This document shows, in pieces, positions 25,330-38,900 of a stretch of DNA of 64,000 nt. Both the position numbers and the translations under genes were made by a program. The stretch comes from Macrostomum lignano. Its lineage: Eukaryota. How positions within the stretch are numbered: the stretch's first letter is position 1; each line of letters opens with the position of its first letter. Where the stretch lies: NCBI GenBank assembly GCA_002269645.1, contig NIVC01004014.1:671-64670 (forward strand), read 5' to 3'. The notes beneath the pieces are model-generated. The model made no database searches. It saw nothing but the letters and a program-made list of their open reading frames with translations, and was not told the origin of the DNA.

Positions 25330-26920
25330 ATGCTGTACGTGCCCTCCTACATGAGCCCCAGCGGCGGCCTGGGCACAATGAGCCACTCCCGCGAGGACCT
25401 CAGCATGTCTGGCGGGCAGTCAGACAGCCGACAGCAGCACCAGCAGAAGCGGCACCAGAGGAAGAAGAAGAATCAGCAGAAAAACAAATTTGGGGGCGGC
25501 GGGGACGGCGGCGGCTCCTCGAGGCGCACCAAGCTGGTGCGGTTCGAGTCGCAGACATCGCATCTGCGCCTCTACAGGCAGAGGCAGCAGGCGACAGCGG
25601 CAGAGAACGAGGACAACGATGAGGAAGAGGAAGCTGCATCGGTTGTCACCGTTTCAGAGGGCGAAGACGACAACGACAACCGACAGCAGCGCAGCGGCAG
25701 CGGCGGCTTCCGGTCCCCGCCGATTCCCTCCGCCCGGCACCTTCCAGCCGTGTCAGCGGCATCAGCGGCGGCATCCGCCTTCCACGACTGCCACCTGCTG
25801 GGCTGCGAGCGGGTCCGCCTGAACGTGTCCGGCATGCACTTCGAGACCCGGCTGGGCGTCCTCAACCAGCACCCGCGCACCCTGCTGGGCAACCCGCAGA
25901 AGCGGGCGCGCTACTTCGACAGGCGCAGCCACGAGTACTTCTTTGACAGGCACCGGCCCACCTTTGAGGCCGTATTCAACTACTACCAGTACGGCGGCAA
26001 GCTGAAGCGGCCGCCCACCGTCACGGACGACATCTTCCTGTCCGAGCTGGAGTTCTACGAGATCGAGCGCGAGGTCATCGACGCCTACAAGAAGGACGAA
26101 GGCTACATCTCTGAGACTGTCGTGCTGCCCGAGCACCCGTTCAAGCGAGCCGTCTGGATGCTGTTCGAGTACCCGGAGACCAGCGCGCCCGCCTTCCTCA
26201 TCGCCATCGTGTCGGTGGTCTTCACCATCCTGTCAATCATTCTGTTCTGCGCCGAGACGCTCCACGAATTCAAAGGAACGCACTGCGTGCCGTCCGGCCT
26301 GCCGAACTTCTTCGACCCGTTCTTCGTGCCGAGTCGGCCTGCACGGCCTGGTTCACCATCGAGCTGGTGGTCCGCTTCCTCGTCTGCCCGTGCAAGAAGG
26401 CGTTCATGAAGGACATCAAGAATGCGGTGGACCTGTCGGCCATTGTGCCGTACTATGTCACCCTCACTAATGTGCTGGTCACGATGAGCTGCGAGGGTGC
26501 CCGGTCGAGCGCCTCGCTGGCCTTCCTGCGAGTTGTCCGCCTCATCCGGGTGTTCAAGCTCACCAAGCACTCGGCCGACCTGCAGGTGCTGGTGCTCACC
26601 TTCCGGGCCAGCATCGAAGGTCTCGGACTCTTCCTGGTGGCGTTGATAGTCTGCATCCTGCTGTTCTCCTCCACCATCTACTATGTTGAGAGCGAGGTGC
26701 GCGCTCTCAGATCGAAAGCATCCCGGACGCGTTCTGGTGGGCGGTCATCACCATGTGCACCGTGGGCTACGGCGACAAGGTGCCGAAGGGCCCGCTGGGC
26801 AAGATCGTCGGCTCCGTGTGCGCCGTGGCGGGCGTGCTGACCCTGGCGATCCCCGTGCCGATCATCACGGAGAACTTCAACAAGTTCTACACGCACAAGA
26901 CTGGACGGGGCAGGCACTGA
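25330..26920 (+). CDS. KCNA: Shaker/Kv1-type voltage-gated K+ channel alpha subunit, intronless, with two 1-nt deletions in this sequence
   Basis: T1 domain ([14 protein letters not shown]...[27 protein letters not shown]), S1 (MLFEYPETS), S4 ([16 protein letters not shown]), pore ([17 protein letters not shown]), S6 ([13 protein letters not shown]), stop TGA at 26918-26920. Frames are rejoined by adding 1 nt near 26328 and 1 nt near 26703. Confidence 0.93.
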
Positions 26921-27102
26921 GGCCGATGCTCCAGTTGGCCCTGTGCGCTCCCCCCCGCAAGTCGCGAGAGGCTTCTAGGAATCCAAGACGCATTGGCGAG
27001 ACAGGAAATTCTGTACCTTCAGCCTTGAGTTGCCAGTTTGCTCATTTTCTTGACTTTCAGACTTTCCAACATTCATTTTTGAAAAAAGGCGAAAAATAAA
27101 AA

Positions 27103-27172
27103 GAGCTGGAATCGAACCAGGGGGCGTCTTGGCGCCAGAGCCAGACGGGTTTACCGCTCAGCTGCTCCGCCC
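27103..27172 (-). other. tRNA-like fragment (SINE head or tRNA pseudogene)
   Basis: The minus strand reads GGGCGGAGCAGCTGAGCGGTAAAC...CCTGGTTCGATTCCAGCTC, with A- and B-box-like motifs but no clean cloverleaf. Confidence 0.45.
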
Positions 27173-27782
27173 CGAAGGTTTCACAAGCCTAAAAAGTATC
27201 CGAGACAGACAGGTTAAAAGCGCTGTTTAAGCAAATCACGGCCCTTCTGACCTGCGAGCATTTTTATAAACAGAGAGAAAGTAGGCGATGTACTTCTAGC
27301 AATTGAAAGATGCCTGTCTCGCTAATGCATCCCGAAATCCTTCACGCGCGTTCCTCTGCCAGTGCTCACCTCACCTCTCATTCTCCTACCTGCTGACTAA
27401 GGTGCTTCCCTCCTCACTGTGCGTTGGTATCCGATGCAACACATAGCGGCGGCCATGTACCCGAACAGACTGACTTTACTCACCTTGTGTCAAGCTGTGA
27501 AGGTTATTCTTCTCTTGTACAATAAGTTTTGCCTTGTATTCTGTCTCAACCCGTGTTCCCTGCAGTGTTCTTACGGAGCAGCTGCAGGTATTTTATTGCG
27601 CTAATCATTTAATTATTTTTAATCCACCAGCTGTGAACTGCAGTTGCAGCACCACAAGTAAAAGCGGTTTTGCAGTGGCACAGTCGAATGCAATGCAATA
27701 AATTGCTGTGAATAATTAAAGCCTGCAATTGGTGTATTGTAGAGTTTTTCCTGAGTGGGGCTTCACTATTTATAATTCAAGG

Positions 27783-28236
<454 letters not shown>

Positions 28237-28856
28237 CTGTAGTGACAACGGGGCGTGCACAGTTGGAAATGCAATCTGAATTGGGCTATCAATCTGCGCT
28301 TGCATAATTATTAGCAGAGGTTATCGGCATTGGTGGAATCATTTGTTTCATACTGCTTCTTCTGCTTCCTCCGGCGAGGCAATCATTGGGCTGGAAGCAT
28401 AAAAAAGCAGGCAAACAGGGGACTCTTCCGGTGCGCTTGCATGCGAATCCGGGGAGAAGGAGATCAAGGAAGCCGTTGCACCCCCGGCCAGCTGTCTGGC
28501 ACCAGCTGGCTTCCCCTGTCAGCGGGCGCCCTTCTCTTGCCCTGCCGCGATGGGCCGCGCGTGTTTTCTTTCTTAGAAACACACTTTATCCGCTTTGGCT
28601 TTCTTTTCTGGGCCGAATTTATGCTGGTCGGGATTTCCAACTGACAAGATGGGGATGGGTGGGATTAGTGCCTGAGAGAGGACGCGACAGTCATCATGGT
28701 AACTTTTTTGGAATGATGCGGATGAGCCCAAGGTGTCACTCGGGCCCGGATCTTGATGAAAATCTTGACTTTTGAAATGTACGAGAAAATCTGCATAAAG
28801 TACGCAATCAGTGATGACCTTTGAAGTCATCGGATTCTGAGACAGGAAGTTTGGGG

Positions 28857-29110
28857 ATTGTGAAGCTTGGGGATTGTGTAGCTTGGGGATTGTGAAGCTT
28901 GGGGATTGTGTAGCTTGGGGATTGTGAAGCTTGGGGATTGTGAAGCTTGGGGATTGTGAAGCTTGGGGGTTGTGAAGCTTGGGGATTGTGAAGCTTGGGG
29001 ATTGTGAAGCTTGGGGATTGTGAAGCTTGGGGATTGTGAAGCTTGGGGATTGTGAAGCTTGGGGGTTGTGAAGCTTGGGGATTGTGAAGCTTGGGGATTG
29101 TGAAGCTTGG
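28857..29110. repeat. 16-bp minisatellite (TTGGGGATTGTGAAGC)n
   Basis: Directly visible. Confidence 0.95.
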
Positions 29111-29533
29111 GGTTTTTGCGGTTTTGTCCCAAGCCAGGCACTGAAGTCAAGATATTCCCAGCCAACGAAAGAACCGGCCCCCAATCGTCTAAGTGGCGGC
29201 CGAAAATGAGATTGACAATTTTGTTCAATTCAGGGAGCCCGCCCACCTGGCCCAGACGCCGCCGGACGCCCAGGATCAATGGGGGCAGTGACTCAATTAT
29301 TCAGCAGAGGCAGCTGGCGATTCCGCTGGCTGAGCTTCGGGCCACCTGCTGACCCGTTCGTTTTGTGTGGGTAAATGAGGGAGACAGGAGGACAACTGGC
29401 ATGCATTATGCAGCTGGGGAGCCGGGCTGGATGGGACACGATTGGACAGTGTTTTGTGATGCAGTTGCTCCGCCTACAGACTGACCCTGCAGTGAGTATT
29501 TTTTGCAGTGGTTCCTGCTAGCAAACTCTTGTT

Positions 29534-31344
<1,811 letters not shown>

Positions 31345-32072
31345 CCAGTATCTCGGTTAGCCTGAAAAATGAATGAAATCTGGAGAACTCCAAAGGAAAG
31401 CGGGGCAGTCTGCAGTGTACTATTGGGTGTACCAATCAGTTTGATGCTGCTAAGCAAAGCAGCCCGCAGGGACCATCACCCGGGGACCGCAGGACACTGT
31501 GGAGCTCAAAAATCGGGGAGACAGCAACACAGGCAGGCTGATGCGGCTCAGAGATATATGGGATTTATTATGCGGCGCACAAATCCCTCGGCGGCCCAGT
31601 CGGGGACTCCGGTGACCCCGGGGAGGCTGAGCAGATACTCTCGGTCAAACAGCGACTTTCGGGGGGGGGGTCTGTCAGAGCGGCAGCTCTGCTTTGCATA
31701 TCCGGCATTCGATGGACTCGCGTCTGTTTCAGCATCCCTTCTCTTGCCTGGCCATCGCTTCATCTTTTATGCCTTCCCGAGCTGAGTTCTCCCGAATAGC
31801 CTGTTCGGAAGAATCCGGCACTGACCTGAGCTTCCGAACTCTGTCTCTCCGTATCTATACCTGGCTTTCTCACCTGCATTCAGCTGCTCCGCCCCATCAT
31901 CATTATTTTGTCTTGTCGAATAAAAATACAGTTTTTTTACAATGGATGGATGGGACTTATGGGTGTTCCAATGTGCAACTCCTACTTATAGTAGGCAGGC
32001 TAGAATAGAAGAATCTATCTTATTTGATTTCGATGATTAAGGAAGCAAATAAAAAGCAGGATAATTAGCATC

Positions 32073-32860
32073 ATGAACCCCATTGTGTCCCTTACAGACA
32101 TTTTTCTTTGTGCAATGAACCCCATTGTGTCCCTTACAGACATTTTTCTTTGTGAAATGAACCCCATTGTGTCCCTTACAGACATTTTTCTTTGTGCAAT
32201 GAACCTCATTGTGTCCCTTACAGACATTTTTCTTTGCGCAATGAACCTCATTGTGTCCCTTACAGACATTTTTCTTCGTGCAATGAACCTCATTGTGTCC
32301 CTTACAGACATTTTTCTTCGTGCAATGAACCTCATTGTGTCCCTTACAGACATTTTTCTTCGCGCAATGAACCTCATTGTGTCCCTTACAGACATTTTTC
32401 TTCGTGCAATGAACCCCATTGTGTCCCTTACAGACATTTTTCTTCGCTCAATGAACCCCATTGTGTCCCTTACAGACATTTTTCTTCGCTCAATGAACCC
32501 CATTGTGTCCCTTACAGACATTTTTCGCGCTATGAACCCCATTGTGTCCCTTACAGACATTTTTCGCGCTATGAACCCCATTGTGTCCCTTACAGACATT
32601 TTTCGCGCTATGAACCCCATTGTGTCCCTTACAGACATTTTTCGCGCTATGAACCCCATTGTGTCCCTTACAGACATTTTTCGCGCTATGAACCCCATTG
32701 TGTCCCTTACAGACATTTTTCGCGCTATGAACCCCATTGTGTCCCTTACAGACATTTTTCGCGCTATGAACCCCATTGTGTCCCTTACAGACATTTTTCG
32801 CGCTATGAACCCCATTGTGTCCCTTACAGACATTTTTCTTCGCGCAATGAACCCCATTGT
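32073..32860. repeat. 42/39-bp minisatellite (ATGAACCCCATTGTGTCCCTTACAGACATTTTTCTTCGTGCA)n
   Basis: The 14-aa and 13-aa periodicity in the ORF track corresponds to 42- and 39-bp units. Confidence 0.95.
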
Positions 32861-33541
32861 CACCCAGATAGCCATTTTTCGATGCGCCGTCATCCAGTTC
32901 AGTGCCATAATTTTAATTTGGGGCCAGGAGACGCACTTTGAGCACACTTATAACGACACTGTTGCGTTTCTTTGTTCAGCAAACTGTCCCTGAGAGCTTC
33001 GTTGTTAATCTGCCCCTCCCCCCAGAGTGCGCAGCGTGCTCAACACGCACCAAGCCCTTCGCTCCCCTATGCAAAGAAAAGCTTTCCTTTTGTCCACCAA
33101 ATTCGGCCCAGCAGTTTTCTACTCAGCAAAGCCACCCTCCCGGCCATTCCACTGCATGCGGCCACGTCGGAGCAGCCCCAATTCCCATTCTCCCTTTTCC
33201 GCTGCTGTTCCCTCGACCTTCCCGTGCATGCGCGAAAGGGTGAATATGGGGAGCGAGCGGCTCTGACTGGGATATTTGGGGGGAGCAGGACTGCAGGAAG
33301 TGACTGAGAGGCAGAGAAATAGGGAGCAGAGGAGCAATCCAGTTCTGCCCAGTGCTGCTGCGGCGTGAATGTGGTTGCTGCTGAGCCGCCCCCAGTGAGA
33401 GGAGGAGGGGGAGTGGCTTTCTGAGGACAGCAGCTCAGCAGAAAAGCCTGGGTTAGAGGCAGGAGGAGACTCAACCGGGTGAGTTGAGAGGGCCGAGGTT
33501 CAACCAGCAGACATTGTTGCTCCTGCGTAGCTATTGGCGCA

Positions 33542-34597
33542 ATGTCCCTAACCCTGCTGCTCCTGCTGTCTATGGCCGGACTGCCGGCTCTGAGCCTCGC
33601 ATGCTCCGGTCAGGTCCGCCTCTTCCAGGTGGCTGGCGAGCGGTCCTGGGTTCGAGTCCGACTGCAGCTGCCTCCGGCCTGCACCCTGGCTGGCATGGGC
33701 ACCTCGGCCGCTCCGAAGCTGTCAATCCGGCCGGCAAACGGGACGGTTCTGAGCCGCCACGTGATCAACTCGCTGAGACAGCTGCCCGGCAGCAAGCAGC
33801 TGGACCTGCTGCACACTTTCCGCGGCCTGCAGGCGGGCAGGAACTTCTCAGTGTGCATCGACATCCACACTCTCAAGGCCAGCTCGAATGGTACCCAGAG
33901 CACCATGCCGCAGCGTTGCGCACTGGCCTCCACGACTGACGCTCCGGGCCCCACTCGATGGGACAGCATCTTGGCCGTCTGCCTGGCCATGCTGTACATT
34001 CTGGCTCTGGTCAGTGAAGCTTTTGAAGCTTTAACTGTTTTTAATTCATAAGTACGATAGGGAAAATAATCAGTTTTATTCTTCATATCCCCAAATCCCA
34101 CATCCCACATCATATGATCTCATAAAACCTCATCGACCATTTTACGAGTATACCCCAGACCCCACGCTCCAAATAGCAAATCTCTTATCCCACATCCCAT
34201 GTCTCACATCCCTCAATCCCATACCCCACACCCCTTATCACATACACCACATCCCTTATCACATACTACACATCATTTATCCCATACCCCACACCCTTAA
34301 TCCCACACCCCGCATTCCTTCAACCCGCTAGCCATACTCCAAATGCTTATCCCATACCCCACGTCCCTTATCCCATTATCACGCCAACAAGTCTCACAGC
34401 CAGCTCCCGCGCCAACGCCCAACCCGCAGCTGCTTTTGGCGCTGATTTGCTGGCGCCTCCGCTCCTGCCTTGGCGCCTGGAGCGGCCAGGTCACCTGCGA
34501 CCTCGAAGCAGCCGAGGCAGCCGAATCGAAGAAGGCGGAAGCGGCGGCCGCCCAGCCAGTGGTGGCCACCAGGGTGACGCGGGCCAATCTGATCTGA
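33542..34597 (+). CDS. Uncharacterised type I membrane protein (about 211 aa, 2 exons)
   Basis: Signal peptide MSLTLLLLLSMAGLPALSLA. Exon 33542-34009 ends at GTCAGT and exon 34430-34597 follows CCCGCAG, both phase 0. The junction completes a TM helix ILAVCLAMLYILAL|LLLALICWRLR with a basic stop-transfer. Confidence 0.75.
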
Positions 34598-34815
34598 CGG
34601 GATGCGCTTTCGCTGCCCCCTGCGCCGTCTTCCACCAGCCGAATGCCAAGGTCGGAGCCGCTCCGAAGCTAAAGAGATTTAGCTGCACATTGCTTGCCGT
34701 TTGTGAAAGCATTGGGACCGTGTTTGATGCAGGGCTCAAGCTCGAACTTGTTGTTTTTCTATCCTGCTGACACATTGCTAGCCTACTCGCTTTGTCACTC
34801 TGTATCGTCCCGCTC

Positions 34816-35345
34816 TTCATCATCCGCTTCTCATCCCTTCCTTCTCCCTTCATCATCCACTTCTCAACCCTTCCTTCTCCCTTCATCATCCGCTTCTCAT
34901 CCCTTCCTTCTCCCTTCATCATCCGCTTCTCATCCCTTCCTTCTCCCTTCATCATCCACTTCTCAACCCTTCCTTCTCCCTTCATCATCCGCTTCTCATC
35001 CCTTCCTTCTCCCTTCATCATCCGCTTCTCATTCCTTCATTTTCCCTTCATCATCCGCTCCTCATCCCTTCCTTCTCCCTTAATCATCCGCTTCTCATCC
35101 CTTCCTTCTCCCTTCATCATCCGCTTCTCATTCCTTCATTTTCCCTTCATCATCCACTTCTCATCCCTTCCTTCTCCCTTCATCATCCGCTTCTCATCCC
35201 TTCCTTCTCTCTTCATCATCCGCTTCTCATCCCTTCCTTCTCCCTTCATCATCCGCTTCTCAACCCTTCCTTCTCCCTTCATCATCCGCTTCTCATCCCT
35301 TCCTTCTCCCTTCATCATCCGCTTCTCATCCCTTCCTTCTTCCTT
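34816..35345. repeat. 33-bp pyrimidine-rich minisatellite (CATCATCCGCTTCTCATCCCTTCCTTCTCCCTT)n
   Basis: 11-aa periodicity in the ORF track. Confidence 0.95.
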
Positions 35346-35942
35346 CATAATCCCTTCCTTATGCCCTCATCATCCTGCATCACCCCTTAATCATATGAGT
35401 TGTTTAACCTCTCCCCTCGTCCTCCCCTCCTCTCTACTCGTCCCAGCTTATCCACATGTAAAATCCAGTTTGAACTGTGAGCATGAGAAATTGCAACTTT
35501 GAAGTGTTCTGTAAATTGATTTATTAAGTATGAAATATTTAGAAATCTTTCATTGCTGTAGCTGTTGCAAAGACATTTGGAAGCTTACCATGCCGTTTTC
35601 TATCTCTGAGCACATTTAAGCTAAAAAACATTTAATTCGAACTCCCAATGAGGCTACGCTTGTAATAGTAAACCCGTCAGCACTCTACTTAAAGTATTAT
35701 ATTCCAGCGTGCAAACATTATTGGAAGCTGATCATACTTAAAAAGTCTCGAGCGACAATAAGCAATTGAACTTTGATCTTAGCTTGGATCAATGTCTACA
35801 GTATAGAGAAAGCATCGTGTGTGTCCATTTGAATTGTTTTCTTCTTTCAATTTGGTCAGGAAGTGCTGGAAGCGGGCAAAAACTGGGCACAATAGGACAC
35901 AGTAACGAAGACTGGATTCAGCAAATTATGCGAACTATTTAA

Positions 35943-38900
35943 TCATTTGAATTTCTCCTTAGAAAAGATGAATTGCACGGCTTTGTGGCAGTCGTCGAAG
36001 TAGAAGTGCGGCTTAGTGAGCTCGTCGTCTCGCTCGATGTCCCGGTGGCCGTGGTAGACGTGCGGGCCGCACATTGAGGTGGCGTTCGGATTGTACACCC
36101 CGGTGCCCACGAGGATGGCTACAAGGTTAAGAATATAATTAGTCAATTTTCGGAAATTATAGGTCGTTTTTTATTGCTGAAATTTGATTAGTGTTTCACT
36201 AATGGCAGATAAAGAAGTGAGTGTGGTGTACAGTTAAGACTTAAAAGTAATACGTACATATTCTCTTTTATTGATTTTTAATGAGCGCTTCTTAGGGAGA
36301 GATAAGTCCATTCTGTCAGAGAGGAATTTGGAGTGTCGAGAATGTACAGTTTTGGGTTTAAAGACCGTTTTTATCAATTGGTTAAGTTTGGCTAATGCCA
36401 GCCAATGAGAGGTGAGGGAAAGAGGTTAGAGAAAACAGCGAGTGGGTAGGAATGTACAGTTACGGAATTTAATGACCGCCTCTTATTATTGCTGAAGATG
36501 GGCTAGTGAGCCTCTTCACGGCAATCGGTTCTAGAACCAGAACCAGTGTGAAATGAGGAGCTTCGAACTCATTTTATGTTTGACACTCTTTACAATTTAA
36601 TTTTGTCGTTTTTGACTTTGTTTCCTCTTGGATATGACAAAAAAGGAATAATTATATAACAATAATAAAAAATTGACGATTTCAAATATATTTACTGTTA
36701 AAATGTAAACATGACAACGGTTCGAGAAAATTTCTCGAACAATATTCTAGAACCAGAACCATGTTCCGGAACCGGTTCCGTTTTTCGAACCGGCGATATG
36801 AAGAGGCTCAGTTGTCTATCAGGGGAAGATAAGCAGAGGTTAGAATGTGGCGACTGGCGAGAGTGTATGATATTTGAGGCTTTTATGGCTGTTTTTCGAT
36901 TAGTAAATATGGTCTGCGCGAGATGACCAGAGATTACTCGTAATAGGAGATGTTGGGACTAGGGTAGCTTACAGAGAAAGGTGGGTAGGAATACAATCCC
37001 TGGATCTCGGGATCCCGAAATCCCAGGATTCTCAGGATCGGGATATCCCGGACTTTGAAAATCCCGGGATTATGGGGATCGGGATATCCCGGACTTTGCC
37101 AATCCCGGGATCTCAACATATTGGGCCGGGATCTCGTGATCCTGGGATTAAAAAAAAAGTTTATAATCTTTGTTGGTGCAATTTGGGTGTACGAAGCCAT
37201 CTAACCTGATTTTGTCTGATGTACGGGCTGGGGCTGGCGCAATAGACGTGCTTCTTTACATGCCAGTATCAGCTCAGGAAAATCACACCTGATTGTGATG
37301 TAACCTGGGGAATGATAGCTTACAGAGCTATCGAGGCTCTGATGCCAGGGTAGAAGGGGATCAGACCTCACCCTCCCAGAGGCACCCGCCCTAGATGGAG
37401 AACTGGTAGCTTGGGTTGTGGTCCGATGCAAGGTCCCACTGTTCTGATCCCATACTACGGCCAAAGAGTTTTGAAGGTAGGGACTGCTTAAAGTACATAG
37501 TTCTGCCACCACCCCTACGCTGGGCAGCTAAAGGGTGTCCCGATAGTGCTAAGAATGAGGTCTTTCGCATAAGATGGGGGGGCTTTTGATCTGCGCAAGG
37601 TCGAATCCCGGGATTTGGGCCTAATGCCGGGATTTCGGGATCCCGGGATCCCGGGATTGTATTCCTTACCCGGGATGACACTTGTCCGGGATTCGAAAAT
37701 CCCGGGATTGACCATCGGGATCCCGATCCCGGCTTGCAATAATTCAATCATTCATTCTCGAGTAGTACTAAGGTAGTATCTGCAGCTGAGCTACTGTCAG
37801 GTGAAAATCATAACCCAGTTTTCCTGCTTTTATTAATAATATTTTTAAAATGTAGGCTAGTGAGAATTAAGGCTAGTGCTGCAGGGATACAAAACTGAAG
37901 CTGTTGGGAGATCGTATAGGAGATTTCAGGTGTAACAATGTACTGCAACTGTACGAGTTTTTACGATGCATATGGTACCCGCAGACTAATGTAATTATTA
38001 TTCTATAACCTGTGCACAGAGTCTAAAGCAATAGAGACCAATTCCTCATTGTTTCCGATCACAGCGCTATAGCTTGCCAGACGGGAGTCAAACGATTGTT
38101 CATTTGAACTCTCTCTCTATCTCAAACCCAGCTAAAATCAGGGGGTCTCGACCTTGCGCAGATCAGAAGCCCCCCTATGCGAAAGACCTCATTCTTAGCA
38201 CTATCAGGACACCCTTTAGATGCCTTTAGATGACTCGGGATTTTGTATTCCCTAATGGTGGGTAGGGTAGGAATGTAGATTAATAATTACTTGAGCCAAA
38301 AATGGAAAGGGGTTTGAACTGTTGCTAAACTTAATGACCGCATTTTGTTTTTTATTGCTACGAGCGTAAAGTTTAATTAGCCTCTCAAGGACAGATAGGC
38401 AAAAAAGAGGGAGGTGGGTGGGCGAATGTACACAATAGGATTTACGGAATGGAATGTACAGTTTAGAATGGTTGTTTGCTGAAGTGCGACTAGTAGACTA
38501 GTTTTCAGTAAGTAGACTCCAACTTCACTTACAGATGAAGAGCTTGGCGGAGTGTTCCATAAACTCGGCATCATCCGGTATCATACGGGACTTTGAAATG
38601 TCGATCTGACGCCTGATCGCCCGGATCTGCTCGATGGTCGGCGGGCCCGACAGGGAGCCTGAGAGGCGCCGGTAACGGCCCAGGTACTTGTTGTACAGGT
38701 TCGCGCCCTTGATGTCCACCTCGGGGTTGTCGCTGCGGGGTTTGCAGTTGATAGAGTGGTGATAGAAGCTACTGGTATCAAACACATTCCTGGTTCATTT
38801 AATGGGTTCCGGACCTTCTGGTGTCACCTTAGGGGCCTCAGTGTCACCCTAGGGGTTCCAGTTTCATCGATAAATTTCAGGTACACCTGACGCATTCGGC

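Noticed and set aside
25330-26920. Kv gene as a true pseudogene or as two separate genes
   Set aside because: All domains are intact and colinear with no in-frame stops after two 1-nt corrections, so assembly error is more likely (unproven).
27103-27172. Functional tRNA gene
   Set aside because: A and B boxes are present but the acceptor and anticodon stems do not pair cleanly. It is more like a SINE head.
31548-31763. GC-rich minus-strand ORF (KSLFDREYLLSLPGVTG...)
   Set aside because: It could not be linked to any gene model or family; the evidence is insufficient.
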